A DNA stretch of 42,779 nt, from IMG/VR virus record IMGVR_UViG_3300011334_000550, positions 1-42,779 of that record. The stretch is one strand, 5' to 3'. Below are positions 1 to 9,965 of the stretch, in pieces. This stretch comes from a virus. Its lineage: Duplodnaviria; Caudoviricetes. Below the pieces are notes generated by a model, which was not told the DNA's origin, made no database searches, and worked only from the letters and a program-made list of their open reading frames with translations. The position numbers and the translations under genes are program-made. The stretch's first letter is position 1. Every line of letters starts with the position of its first letter.

Positions 1-463
1 TGCCTCCAAACATTAAAGATACTCCTTGCCATAAAAGTGATGACATTACACCTCTTCTTTCTCTAATGATTTGATAGGTTGTTGAATTAGTTTCTTTGTC
101 AATTAACTTTACTAGTACTTTACCTTGAGACACAGTTAACTTTTTAATTTCTGATTCAAAGGAACTAATTAGTTCTTTTTCTGACTTGGCAATAAATGTG
201 TTTTTCTCTTTTTTTGTTTTATAAAAAGCAAGTTGTGCATCCATTTCAGCTAATTTCATTTTAACATAAATTGAATATGGATAAACTTTTTTAACATTTG
301 CTTTTAGTACATTCCAATCTGTTTTTTCCTTAACTGTTTTAAATGTTCTGTCAGAAACTATGTCACAAGTTGGTAGAGTAATGTAGTAAGTAGAGTCTAA
401 TGGACTGTATTGAATGGCAAATGCTTTAATGCTTATAAATAAAGCTATGATTAATGTTTTCAT
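1..463 (-). CDS. DUF4294-like protein with N-terminal signal peptide (runs off the window; absent from ORF track)
   Basis: Manual translation from ATG 463: MKTLIIALFISIKAFA...NVKKVYPYS...IKKLTVSQGKVLVKLIDKETNSTTYQII...WQGVSLMFGG. Open to the window edge, with ATGA overlap with the upstream stop. Motifs resemble the Bacteroidota DUF4294 family as I recall it. Confidence 0.7.
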   Translation of the reverse strand, partial: MKTLIIALFISIKAFAIQYSPLDSTYYITLPTCDIVSDRTFKTVKEKTDWNVLKANVKKVYPYSIYVKMKLAEMDAQLAFYKTKKEKNTFIAKSEKELISSFESEIKKLTVSQGKVLVKLIDKETNSTTYQIIRERRGVMSSLLWQGVSLMFGG

Positions 464-741
464 TTTAATTCACTGTAATCAATCCAAACAGCATCTTCTT
501 CATTTAATCCTTTTGGAATTGGTTCATTCCAATATCCTTCTTGAATAGCCATGTAAAAAGGAAATAGTAGTTTTGGTGTTAAAGAGCCTTTTTGTTTGCC
601 AATTGCATGAAAGCCAAATCCTTCACAAATAAAAGAAACTGAGTAATCTTCTTCTAATCTGTTAAATTCTTCAATGATGTCAAAATCTCCTGGCTGGTCA
701 TCATTTTGTTTTAAACAATACTGTTTAGAAAAATCAGCCAT
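460..741 (-). CDS. hypothetical protein
   Basis: 93-aa ORF tightly packed between and overlapping its neighbours; no recognised motif. Confidence 0.7.
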   Translation of the reverse strand: MADFSKQYCLKQNDDQPGDFDIIEEFNRLEEDYSVSFICEGFGFHAIGKQKGSLTPKLLFPFYMAIQEGYWNEPIPKGLNEEDAVWIDYSELK

Positions 742-985
742 TGATTAGTTTGTTTAACTGTTCATAGCTTAATGCTCCAGAGTATCTTTTAATTTCTTTT
801 CCATCTTCTAAAACAACAGTAGTTGGAATGGATGTTACTTTGTATTGTTCTGTAAGAGTGACATCATAGTCTGTGTCAATTTTTTCTACTGGAATGATTT
901 TTGTTTTTTTCAATTGTTCTACAATTGGAGTCATGCCTTGACATGCGGTGCACCATTGTGCTGTAAAATAGAGTACTTGTTTCAT
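734..985 (-). CDS. thioredoxin
   Basis: YFTAQWCTAC active site, SIPT cis-Pro motif, 83 aa. Confidence 0.92.
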   Translation of the reverse strand: MKQVLYFTAQWCTACQGMTPIVEQLKKTKIIPVEKIDTDYDVTLTEQYKVTSIPTTVVLEDGKEIKRYSGALSYEQLNKLING

Positions 986-1012
986 TTGGTTTTTATTTAT
1001 GGTTTGTTTTAA

Positions 1013-1510
1013 TTATTGTTTTTGTAACATAAATCCATTATTCATATTACCTATTACGTATCCGTTTCCTTCAATGTTGACTTTGAAATATTGTAACCAT
1101 ATTTTATTTTTTTGTCCTTCTTTCCCTTTTTTATCTTCACCTTCAATAAATAGTTGAGTTGGTTTATATTCTTTTATAAAATCATTAGTAGCGTAAATGA
1201 CAGTTGATATTATTTTGAAAAAATGTTTTATATTTGTTTTAAATGCTTCGATACTATTTTTATTAACAATAAATTCGGCTTCAAAACCCGCAGCATCTTG
1301 TTTAAATTTATGAAACATAACCTCAATTAAATTATCTTTATCGTCTTTAAATTCAGTTTGTATAGTATTTCCGTTCAAGCCAAATGTTGGAAAATTCTGT
1401 TCGTTCCAATTAAAATTACTAATATAAGGTTGAACTAATTGTCCTATTTCTAGGAGTTTTTGTTCTTGTTCATTAAGATTTTGTTTCCAGTTGTTATATG
1501 ATCTACCCAT
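1013..1510 (-). CDS. hypothetical protein, possible internal head protein
   Basis: 165-aa ORF; N-terminus has LNE and LLE motifs resembling prohead-protease sites. Confidence 0.6.
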   Translation of the reverse strand: MGRSYNNWKQNLNEQEQKLLEIGQLVQPYISNFNWNEQNFPTFGLNGNTIQTEFKDDKDNLIEVMFHKFKQDAAGFEAEFIVNKNSIEAFKTNIKHFFKIISTVIYATNDFIKEYKPTQLFIEGEDKKGKEGQKNKIWLQYFKVNIEGNGYVIGNMNNGFMLQKQ

Positions 1511-1526
1511 GATTTTCTTGTAATAT

Positions 1527-2426
1527 TTATTTACTGTTCTCTTTTAAGATCTTTTTAACATGATCTACTACTGTTTCCCAACTTACTGGTCCTGTTTCAT
1601 CTGCATAAAATACAGGATCAGGACAATCTAATTTGATAAATGCTTCAATGCGTTCTACTGATGAAGCTGACTTATAATCTGAAAACCATTGTGAAGCATC
1701 AATAATTTCACCTGCATCATTTTCATATGCTAGTTCATGATAAATGGGTTTATATGAAGTATTAGTGCGTTTATACACTTCATCAAAGTCTAATCCTAAC
1801 TGTTTACAGCATTTTTTTCCATCTTTTAAAATGTCAAATTTATTTCCATCAATGTAAGGAGTAAACATGTTTACATTTTCAGCTCCCCAATTTCCAATTA
1901 TGAAAGCATCAAAGTCAGCATCTCTAAAATCTTGTCTACAATCAGGATAAATAGAGTGATCACCTGCATGAATTCCCATTGCAATAACTACTTCTTGACC
2001 TATAGAACAATCATCAGTAATTGGTTTAGATGCAATTGATAAAGCAACAGCTTGAATAATGCTACTAAATATTTTGTTGCGATTAGGAACAACTGTGTCT
2101 TTCATATTTTCATCTGCATAATGTCCTTCAGGAACATCTGCTCCACCTTCAACTAATGTAGAGTTGAGTAGTTGAGATAAACCATCTAGTTTGATTACTT
2201 GATGAGTAATTTTAAATGGGTAATCAAATGTTTTACTTTCTTCATCTACAATAAAATATTCATTAATGTACTTTACTAATTCAACTGCTCTTTCCAATTC
2301 AACTTTATGTTTTTGTCCATAGTCAAATGATAAAGCTGTTACTTTATAATCATTTGCTAGTAAATGTAATAGTAAAGTACTACTATCCATTCCACCTGAT
2401 AAACTTAATACGGCTTGTTTATTCAT
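1527..2426 (-). CDS. queC: 7-cyano-7-deazaguanine synthase QueC
   Basis: SGGMDS PP-loop, FDYGQKH, VPNRN and HAGDH..YPDCR motifs. Confidence 0.93.
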   Translation of the reverse strand: MNKQAVLSLSGGMDSSTLLLHLLANDYKVTALSFDYGQKHKVELERAVELVKYINEYFIVDEESKTFDYPFKITHQVIKLDGLSQLLNSTLVEGGADVPEGHYADENMKDTVVPNRNKIFSSIIQAVALSIASKPITDDCSIGQEVVIAMGIHAGDHSIYPDCRQDFRDADFDAFIIGNWGAENVNMFTPYIDGNKFDILKDGKKCCKQLGLDFDEVYKRTNTSYKPIYHELAYENDAGEIIDASQWFSDYKSASSVERIEAFIKLDCPDPVFYADETGPVSWETVVDHVKKILKENSK

Positions 2427-3213
2427 TAATATAATTTTTAAACTTATTTATGTTAAATATAATTAGTTTTTCTTTAGCATCCAAATTTTCATTAAAGAAT
2501 TCCTCAATTTTTTCTTTAGGTTTTTCAATAGATGTGATGTTTTCATCATAAGATACTCCTTTACATCCCCACACAACTGGATTGCTTGTGTCTAGTGTTT
2601 TGATAAACTCATATCCTTTACCATAGTACTTAAATTCATCTGGAACAGCACATCCTAACAAATGATGATGAATGTGATTATCTATAATCTTTTTTTTCTT
2701 TAATTGATTGATAAAATATATTCTTCCCATCATTTTAGATATTGATATGTTTTCATGTGGAAAAAAGTCTTGATATGCTGTTGAACTGTGGTTAAATGCT
2801 ATAGCTTCTACTCCTAAATCCATATATTGACCATATAATAAAGAACCAATTTTATAGTCTGTACATTGAATTACAGCCATTAATTTAGTATTTTCAGGTA
2901 GTATTTCTTTCATATTTGTCCAACGTTTAGCATTTCGTAAACTTAAAAGAGCATCATTCCACACATCAGGTATTACAAAAATGTCTGGTTGAAGTTCATT
3001 AACAAATTCAATTAATTGTTTTTCTGTAAATGAGTCACCTTCAAATAAGCCATTGTCAGCAATGATAAATCTACCTGCTGCTTTAGCGTCTAAATAATGT
3101 TGTTTGTACTGTTCAGATTTAAACCAATATGTTGGCAAACAGAAATCATAATCATTCCATTCTTTTCCTTTGTTTAAAAAACATAATGGAAGCTCATGTG
3201 ATACTTTTATCAT
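2419..3213 (-). CDS. TGT-fold protein, probable DpdA-type 7-deazaguanine transglycosylase/insertion enzyme
   Basis: IADNGLFE, IPDV, AVIQ, HLLG and DTS motifs in TGT/DpdA order; overlaps the queC start. Confidence 0.7.
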   Translation of the reverse strand: MIKVSHELPLCFLNKGKEWNDYDFCLPTYWFKSEQYKQHYLDAKAAGRFIIADNGLFEGDSFTEKQLIEFVNELQPDIFVIPDVWNDALLSLRNAKRWTNMKEILPENTKLMAVIQCTDYKIGSLLYGQYMDLGVEAIAFNHSSTAYQDFFPHENISISKMMGRIYFINQLKKKKIIDNHIHHHLLGCAVPDEFKYYGKGYEFIKTLDTSNPVVWGCKGVSYDENITSIEKPKEKIEEFFNENLDAKEKLIIFNINKFKNYINE

Positions 3214-3228
3214 AACTTTTATTTTGTA

Positions 3229-3260
3229 TAAATATATTAAATGTATTTTTAAAAGCCAAG
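3229..3260 (-). promoter_or_regulatory. Bacteroidota-type -33/-7 promoter overlapping an ATATTTATA box
   Basis: Minus strand CTTG-N20-TATATTTA upstream of ATG 3213. Confidence 0.65.
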
Positions 3261-4241
3261 TTAATATGTTTTAATGTCATCTTCTTCTTTTCTATTTGAT
3301 TTGAAAATAGGAGGAATAAATTGACGCCAAGGCTTTTGAGGTGGAGGAAGTGAAACAACTGGCTCAACTACAACTGGCTTTATTTCAATTGGTTTTACTT
3401 CAAATGGAGCTGCTTCATTGTACATTGCTAACTGTTGAGGCATTTTTACTTTGTTAAAGGCATTGTTAGCTGCTATAATTAAACTTACTGCTAATGGATC
3501 AAACACAAATATAATAACTAAAATAAACCAGTTTATAATTCTATCCATTGGAATGTCTAGTAGTTTACTAATGTATTTTAAAGGACCTAATTCACCTGAT
3601 GTTTCAGCTTTAGATTGAAATTCAAGTATTTGAGACTCTAAACTAAATACACTGTCACTTACTGTGTTGATTTTAACATCAAGTGTTGAGTCTTTTTTAA
3701 GGGTGCTTTCCAGTTGTTTTTCAAATGCTTTTCTGTTGCCACTGTTTGCTACATTAAGAATTTGGCCTGTTTGTTTGTCTTTATATTGAGTGATGCTTCC
3801 AATTGATAAGGCTTGTCTTAGTTCTGAGGTACTTTTTGCTGTTTCTACTTTTTCTTTAGAGTAGGATTCTTTAGTTTCTAAGTATCTTACTTTTTTAGAT
3901 TCTAAAGCAGCAATTCGTTTTTCTACAACAATGTTTTTTGAAGCAGTTTGTTCATAAGCTGAACTTAAAAAACCATAAATGCCTGCAGATGTAATTAGAA
4001 TTAGCACAAACACAGCTATTGTTAAGTATGTTTTTAGTAAAATGTTTGTTTTTGTCCAGTATTGGTAAAGATAAGAGGCAATTACCAATTTAGCTAATTC
4101 TAAAGACGCAGCCATTATTATAACTGCAAAACTAGCTCCTATAAATAATTTTGACAAACCTGTTACTGAGTAAAAGGCAGCAGTAGCACTCACGGCTAAT
4201 GCCGAGAATGCTATCAATGTTGGAAATAAATATTTTTTCAT
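3261..4241 (-). CDS. membrane protein with central coiled coil
   Basis: Three N-terminal hydrophobic helices, a coiled coil, then a further TM segment (WFILVIIFVFDPLAV). Confidence 0.8.
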   Translation of the reverse strand: MKKYLFPTLIAFSALAVSATAAFYSVTGLSKLFIGASFAVIIMAASLELAKLVIASYLYQYWTKTNILLKTYLTIAVFVLILITSAGIYGFLSSAYEQTASKNIVVEKRIAALESKKVRYLETKESYSKEKVETAKSTSELRQALSIGSITQYKDKQTGQILNVANSGNRKAFEKQLESTLKKDSTLDVKINTVSDSVFSLESQILEFQSKAETSGELGPLKYISKLLDIPMDRIINWFILVIIFVFDPLAVSLIIAANNAFNKVKMPQQLAMYNEAAPFEVKPIEIKPVVVEPVVSLPPPQKPWRQFIPPIFKSNRKEEDDIKTY

Positions 4242-4244
4242 ATT

Positions 4245-4508
4245 TTAAAATCGATCGTCTATTCCTGGCATTATTATTACACCTGGATCTTTTTCTCCTC
4301 TTGAGTTAAGAACTTTTGCTTGTATGGCAATGTCAAAGGCACTTCCGTTAATTTTTGTTTTGCCTCCCTGTTTAAGCATTTTCTTAAAGAAATTTATTTG
4401 TGACTCAGTCCAGTCAACACTTAAGTCAATAATTTCTTGCTTTTCTACTTCTTTACCATTTAAAGTAATAGTAACACCTTTTCGGATTGATTGTGGTTTT
4501 AACGACAT
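4245..4508 (-). CDS. hypothetical protein
   Basis: 87-aa ORF in operon context with its own promoter-like element. Confidence 0.75.
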   Translation of the reverse strand: MSLKPQSIRKGVTITLNGKEVEKQEIIDLSVDWTESQINFFKKMLKQGGKTKINGSAFDIAIQAKVLNSRGEKDPGVIIMPGIDDRF

Positions 4509-4520
4509 ATTTTTTTATTT

Positions 4521-4552
4521 TAAATATATGTTGAAAAATCTTGTCAGCCTAG
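4521..4552 (-). promoter_or_regulatory. variant -33/-7 promoter
   Basis: CTAG-N20-TATATTTA, same spacing as four other copies. Confidence 0.5.
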
Positions 4553-4556
4553 CAAA

Positions 4557-6416
4557 TTAAGCAATTTCACATCCTCCTGAAGAACAAGCCAATTCATCTT
4601 GTCTTGCTGTGTTGTCAATCATTTCAACAACTTTACTTAAGTCAATTTCATGTAGTTGTTTTACCATTTCTTCAAATTGTTCTTTTGTAATGTCTTCAAA
4701 AGGCGCTTGAGTGTATGTGTGGTCTGAATAAGGTAAAAAAGACAATGCTGTGAAGTATTCTCTGTTGTTGTACACCCATTCACCAATGTTGTCCCACTCA
4801 TCATTTTTAATAGTGACAGTAGCTGAAACGTTGTGTTGGTTTGCACCTTTTCTATAACCTGGCTTTATCCATTTTTGGTTTATTAACTTTATTCTTTCCA
4901 ATAAGTCAACAGCAGATTCATTTTTTCTTGTAATAGCACCTTCAGGTGCTTGTTGAGGTATTTTTACAATAGATTGAATTGTTGGTTTGAAAAAATCATC
5001 TTCTAACAATTCTGGATGGTAAATGTTTAAGTATGTGTATAAGGCTTCATTTTTACCTAAACGAATTCTACGAATGTAATATTCACTATGCCAAGCATGA
5101 ATGCCACTTGATGTTCCTAACACTAAAGATGTTGTTCCTGATGGTTTAACTGTAGTTACACGAGCTGCTTTGTTGATTCCTATAATGTTTGCTACTCTTT
5201 CATTTTCTTCACAAGCTACTTTAGCTGCTTCTTTCATGTTAAGTTTTAACACCGCTCCTGATGCTATGCCTGTCATTCCTATTCCTAATAGTGCTTCTTT
5301 TTCTGTTGTTTTTTTCCAAACATCTCTTAAATAGTGAAAGTCAGTGTAAGATGCTTGTAAAGTTCCTATAAATGAAGCCGCTTTTGACCTTGCGTTAAAT
5401 TCTTCTTGAGTTTCAATGTCAGAAGCATTTATTTCACAAAGATTACAAAACTGATTGGCTTTTAAGTTTATTTCAGCACATGGATTGGTACCTGCATCTT
5501 TATCATTTGTAAAGATAAAACCTGGTTCTCCACTGTTGCTTAACTCAATTTTTTTCCACAAATTTAAAAATGTTTCTTTGTCTATTTTACTGCGAAGTAA
5601 AACTGCTGAATTGTTTGCTCTGCCTCTTTGAGGATTTTCCTCCCACCAATTTCCAAATTTACAAGTCAACATGTCTTCATCATCTAGGTCAAATAAAGCA
5701 ATTAAAGCTGCTCTTCTAATTCCTCCTGACAGTACAGCATCTGCTAAGTGGCAAATGATGTCATGGCATTCTACAGATGTTAATTTTTCTCCATCATTTT
5801 TACGATCTAGTATTACTTGAACATGAGTTAAAGCTACTTTTAATGGTTCTGGTCCTGGAGCTTTTCCTCCTACAGTAATCAAATGTGCTCCTTTAGGTCT
5901 AATGTCTCTAAAGTCAAATTTAGGACAAGAATTAATAAGTCCAAAGTAAGATTTAATCAACATTCTAACTGCATCAGCCCATCCTTCAATGCTGTCTCCA
6001 ACTAAATATCTTTTAGATTTTAGTGGTTTTCTAATGTCAGGTAAATTTTCTACATGATGTGTTTGCACTGAATATCCTACTCCACAGCCTGAAAGTAACA
6101 AAAACATAATTTCAGAAAATGATCTGTGATCATCTATTGGTAAGTAAGAACAGTTAAATATTCTTGAATTGTTTATTTCAATTGGTTTACCTGCAAATTG
6201 TAAACTACGCATTGAGGGCAACACTTTTTTATCATAAACATATTTATATGCTTCTTTTATTTCCTTTTTTAAATTAGGAAATTTTTTCATGTGCATGTTT
6301 TTATTTCTGCTTACTAATTCTTCCCATGTTTCTCTTCTTTCTAACTCAGGAGAATATTTAGCGTATTTTAAATGGGTGGTGATTTCTGATAGAATCTGCG
6401 ATTCTTTGTTTAACAT
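4557..6416 (-). CDS. nrdJ: class II (adenosylcobalamin-dependent) ribonucleotide reductase
   Basis: FNCSY, GGIRRAA, TNPCAEI, CNLCE, VKPSGT and C-terminal CSSGGC; no small-subunit gene adjacent. Confidence 0.9.
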   Translation of the reverse strand: MLNKESQILSEITTHLKYAKYSPELERRETWEELVSRNKNMHMKKFPNLKKEIKEAYKYVYDKKVLPSMRSLQFAGKPIEINNSRIFNCSYLPIDDHRSFSEIMFLLLSGCGVGYSVQTHHVENLPDIRKPLKSKRYLVGDSIEGWADAVRMLIKSYFGLINSCPKFDFRDIRPKGAHLITVGGKAPGPEPLKVALTHVQVILDRKNDGEKLTSVECHDIICHLADAVLSGGIRRAALIALFDLDDEDMLTCKFGNWWEENPQRGRANNSAVLLRSKIDKETFLNLWKKIELSNSGEPGFIFTNDKDAGTNPCAEINLKANQFCNLCEINASDIETQEEFNARSKAASFIGTLQASYTDFHYLRDVWKKTTEKEALLGIGMTGIASGAVLKLNMKEAAKVACEENERVANIIGINKAARVTTVKPSGTTSLVLGTSSGIHAWHSEYYIRRIRLGKNEALYTYLNIYHPELLEDDFFKPTIQSIVKIPQQAPEGAITRKNESAVDLLERIKLINQKWIKPGYRKGANQHNVSATVTIKNDEWDNIGEWVYNNREYFTALSFLPYSDHTYTQAPFEDITKEQFEEMVKQLHEIDLSKVVEMIDNTARQDELACSSGGCEIA

Positions 6417-6427
6417 AATTTTTATTT

Positions 6428-7807
6428 TTACTTATTTAATTCAAAAAATTGTTTACTTAAATATTCACGGTCAAAATTGTCTATGTTTGAGCCAAAATTT
6501 GATGCTTTTACTTTGTCATTACTTATTAATTCTTCCTCTTCATCTTCTCCTAATTCACCTGTAATTTCCATGTGACCTGTAGATGTGTCTATTTTGGCGT
6601 TAAATGTCATGCCATCTGCTCCATATCTATTTTTCATAATGTGAAATCTACCAGTTCCATTAAGTTTATCTTTCTTTTGTCTTGACAAAGACATTGCAAA
6701 ATCTGCGATCATTATTTTATCGTAAGATCCTGCCGCTTTATCTCCTTCAATAATACTATCTTTTGCACCTGCTCTGTTGACCTGCGATACACTCCATATT
6801 GGTAATTTTAATTCACGAGCTAGTCCTTTTGTGCTCATATAAATATCATCTATTTCATCTTTTCGTTCACGATTTGTTCTTTTTGATGAAAGAAGATCAA
6901 CATAATCAATAACTATTAAGTCTGGTTTAAAGTCTAAGTCAATGCATTTTTTAATGTGGCTTTCTATTGTAGACAATGATGCTTTGCCCATTGGATATTC
7001 TTTAATGATTAAATTTCCTGGCAAGTCAGATGTTGCTTCTCCTACTTTTTCTTTGCTGTGTTTTAACTTGTCAACAGGTATTTCTGTAAAGAATGCATCA
7101 TATCGTCTTCCTATGTATCCTTCACCTAATTCTAATGTGTAGTGTATAACGTTAAAGCCACATTTTACTGCGTGTGCTCCTATAGCAATTAAGCTCCATG
7201 ATTTTCCTCCACCTGGATTGCCAAATATTAAGCCAAAGTCACCTTCACCTAAACCTCCTTGCAACACTTCATTGAATTTATTCCAAGGTGTTGGAATTGG
7301 TGTTCTATCTTCTTCTCTATAGCGTGACTCAGTGTCTTTATTGTATTCATGACCAATGTTTTTATCTTGGCCTGATCTTAAAGCGCTGTCTACTAATGTT
7401 CTAATAGAATCATAGTCTCCTGCTTTTAATAAGTCAACTGAGTTCAGTAGTGCTTTTTTTAACTGTTGATTTTTACAAAAATTAGCAAATTCTTGCTTAA
7501 TGTATGTTAAGTCACTTTCATCTGATGAACGATATGCTTCTTTTAACTGTTCTTTAATTGAAAGTTGAAGTACTTCATTTTCAATCTTTTTCATTTCTAC
7601 TTTCAAAACATCCATTGTAGGATTTGTGTGAAACTTTTGATAGTATTTTAACACTTCACCTACAACCCATTTATGTGCTGTGTTGTTGAAGTATTCTTCT
7701 GTTAAAACATCATTTATGTTTTGTAAAAATGGTTTGTCAGTTAATAATGCTGACAGTACTTTAATTTGGAATGAAATTCCATAACTTTCTATGCTTGATA
7801 GGGTCAT
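6428..7807 (-). CDS. replicative DnaB-family helicase (T4 gp41-like)
   Basis: Walker A GNPGGGKS, YTLEL, IVIDYVD, SQVNR, KNRYG. Confidence 0.93.
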   Translation of the reverse strand: MTLSSIESYGISFQIKVLSALLTDKPFLQNINDVLTEEYFNNTAHKWVVGEVLKYYQKFHTNPTMDVLKVEMKKIENEVLQLSIKEQLKEAYRSSDESDLTYIKQEFANFCKNQQLKKALLNSVDLLKAGDYDSIRTLVDSALRSGQDKNIGHEYNKDTESRYREEDRTPIPTPWNKFNEVLQGGLGEGDFGLIFGNPGGGKSWSLIAIGAHAVKCGFNVIHYTLELGEGYIGRRYDAFFTEIPVDKLKHSKEKVGEATSDLPGNLIIKEYPMGKASLSTIESHIKKCIDLDFKPDLIVIDYVDLLSSKRTNRERKDEIDDIYMSTKGLARELKLPIWSVSQVNRAGAKDSIIEGDKAAGSYDKIMIADFAMSLSRQKKDKLNGTGRFHIMKNRYGADGMTFNAKIDTSTGHMEITGELGEDEEEELISNDKVKASNFGSNIDNFDREYLSKQFFELNK

Positions 7808-7810
7808 AAC

Positions 7811-8857
7811 TTATTTTTTTGCTTTATTGTATCTATTGATTGGACTCCAAATGTCTTTTATCCAGTAGTCCACATTTTTTAACACATTTCCCAATCCATC
7901 TTTATGATAAAATTTAAGAAATGTTTCTACATTTAATTCATACGGAGATTCTTTAACATGATCTAATATATAATCCTTTTCTTGGTCATCCAACATAGGA
8001 TTACTTAAATCCATAATCTTGTAAGCCTTTCTTAAGTTGTCAAAATTTTCTAATGCCCTACAGTATATAATGTGCTCTTTAAATCTCTCAGCACATATTT
8101 TATAAATGTCATCTAATGTTAAGTTATTTTCTCCTAACATTTCAGGAAACAACTTGTCAAATTTTCCTTTTCCTAGTCCTTTTACTCCTCCTACTTTGTC
8201 AGAACTGTCTCCCATTAGTGTTTTATATAAAAGAAAGTTAAAAGGATGAACACCATATTTTTCTTTTACTACTTTAGGCGTAACAAATTCTTTTTCTACA
8301 GATCTGTACATAGTAATGTTTTCATCTACTAGTTGAAGAAAGTCATTGTCTGCTGATACTATAAATGTTTTGTTTTTCTTATTTTGAGTAAGATTTTTAC
8401 TTAAAAACGCTATAATGTCATCTGCTTCAACTCCATCTAGTGATAAGATTTTAACAGGCAAGCATTGTAAATAGTGAATGAGATGAATGATTTGATCTGT
8501 TTTAGACTCGTTTTCTTTTTCTTGAGATGAGAAAGATACTTTATTAACTCGCAGTACATTTCTTCCTGACTTATATTCTGGAAGTAAGTTTTTTCTGTTT
8601 ATAGAAGAACCTACTCCATCAAATACAATGTAAATTGATGTTGGTTTGAGTTGTTTTGCTAATGAACCTAATGAACGTAAAAATCCTCCTAAGCCTCCTA
8701 TGTGAGTACCTTCTGGATTTATGTAGTTTAACACTGCAAAATTTCTTAAAAAAAGATTTAAACCATCTATAATTAGAATTCTTTCTCCTTCATTAAAAGA
8801 CGGCATGTCATCCTCCTTAATGTCATTAAGAAGTTTAAGTAAATTTTCTTTGTCCAT
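7811..8857 (-). CDS. 5'-3' exonuclease / T4 RNase H-like flap nuclease
   Basis: IIDGLN, VFDG, YKSGR, EADDII, SADNDF, GDSSDKVGGVKGLG. Confidence 0.93.
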   Translation of the reverse strand: MDKENLLKLLNDIKEDDMPSFNEGERILIIDGLNLFLRNFAVLNYINPEGTHIGGLGGFLRSLGSLAKQLKPTSIYIVFDGVGSSINRKNLLPEYKSGRNVLRVNKVSFSSQEKENESKTDQIIHLIHYLQCLPVKILSLDGVEADDIIAFLSKNLTQNKKNKTFIVSADNDFLQLVDENITMYRSVEKEFVTPKVVKEKYGVHPFNFLLYKTLMGDSSDKVGGVKGLGKGKFDKLFPEMLGENNLTLDDIYKICAERFKEHIIYCRALENFDNLRKAYKIMDLSNPMLDDQEKDYILDHVKESPYELNVETFLKFYHKDGLGNVLKNVDYWIKDIWSPINRYNKAKK

Positions 8858-8859
8858 AA

Positions 8860-9951
8860 CTAGTCTTCAGATTCTACAATGTCAGAAACATCTACTTTTT
8901 CATTCCACTCACTGTTGTCTTCAATGGTTTTATAGTTTCCTTCTCCTAAAATGTTTGCCCATTCATGTGAATGTTCTTTTTTATATTTAGTGATGTCTTT
9001 AGGATCATCTGGAATAAAACCATGTACTGTGCTTATTACTGTGTTTTTAGTGGTAATTCCATTTACGTGGTTTTTGTCACAGGCCACTTTAGTTCTTAAA
9101 GCGAATTCAACATCTTTTCCATCTTTTTGTGCTTTGATTTTTGACGTTCCACTGTTAGTGACATTTCCAAAAGTTAAACATATTGAAGCATCATAAAAGA
9201 ATGTGTTGCCACCTTTATTAGTCATTCTAGGTTGACTAAACACATTTTCTGCTGGTGCTACTCCTGTTTTATTAATAATCAAGAATGTGTTTGTGTATTT
9301 GCTTTCTTCTTTTCTTGACAATACAACTCTTTGATTGATAAAATTTCCAAATTGAGTAGCTATTGCTCCTGCGTTCCACATTGGATTGTTTTTGCCTTGG
9401 TCAATGCTTAGTCTACATGGTATAGAACCTACTGAGTCCCATAAAAATAGTAAATCGTATGGTAAATTTCCTTTGTCCTGTTCATTTAACATGTCTAACA
9501 TAAATTCTGCTACATCTTCAATTGAGTTGAGTTTTCCTCTGTCTCTGTATATAAAGAATCCATCATAATCTACAGTTTTTCCTTCTGCGTCTTTAATTTC
9601 ATTCATTTCAAATCCCATCATTTTCCAATGTTCCCAACTGTGTTTCATTTCTGTAATCATTAAAACAGGCAACACACCCATTTTTTGAGCAGATACTACA
9701 GTCTCTATAGACGTGGTGGTTTTTCCTGTGTTGCTACCACCACGTACTATGTTGATGTGACCCATAGCTATTCCTGGAATGGACAAAGCATCTTGCATTG
9801 CTTTTGAAAAGGGAATCCATTTTTGTTCTTTGAACTTTACATTTCCACTTAATAGTTTTTTTTCTTTAAATTTATTAAGATCAAATTTACCTTTAAGCTC
9901 TTTAGAGACTGCTTCCATTAACGAAACTTCCTCGTTTGATTTTTTAGCCAT
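8860..9951 (-). CDS. uvsX: RecA/UvsX-like recombinase
   Basis: GGSNTGKTT Walker A, FLWDSVG Walker B, KGG..FFYDAS, KNHV. Confidence 0.85.
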   Translation of the reverse strand: MAKKSNEEVSLMEAVSKELKGKFDLNKFKEKKLLSGNVKFKEQKWIPFSKAMQDALSIPGIAMGHINIVRGGSNTGKTTTSIETVVSAQKMGVLPVLMITEMKHSWEHWKMMGFEMNEIKDAEGKTVDYDGFFIYRDRGKLNSIEDVAEFMLDMLNEQDKGNLPYDLLFLWDSVGSIPCRLSIDQGKNNPMWNAGAIATQFGNFINQRVVLSRKEESKYTNTFLIINKTGVAPAENVFSQPRMTNKGGNTFFYDASICLTFGNVTNSGTSKIKAQKDGKDVEFALRTKVACDKNHVNGITTKNTVISTVHGFIPDDPKDITKYKKEHSHEWANILGEGNYKTIEDNSEWNEKVDVSDIVESED

Positions 9952-9965
9952 GTTTTATTTTTAAT

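Noticed and set aside
434-441. TATAAATA inside the first gene
   Set aside because: Within coding sequence, lacks the full 9-mer and is not upstream of a start.
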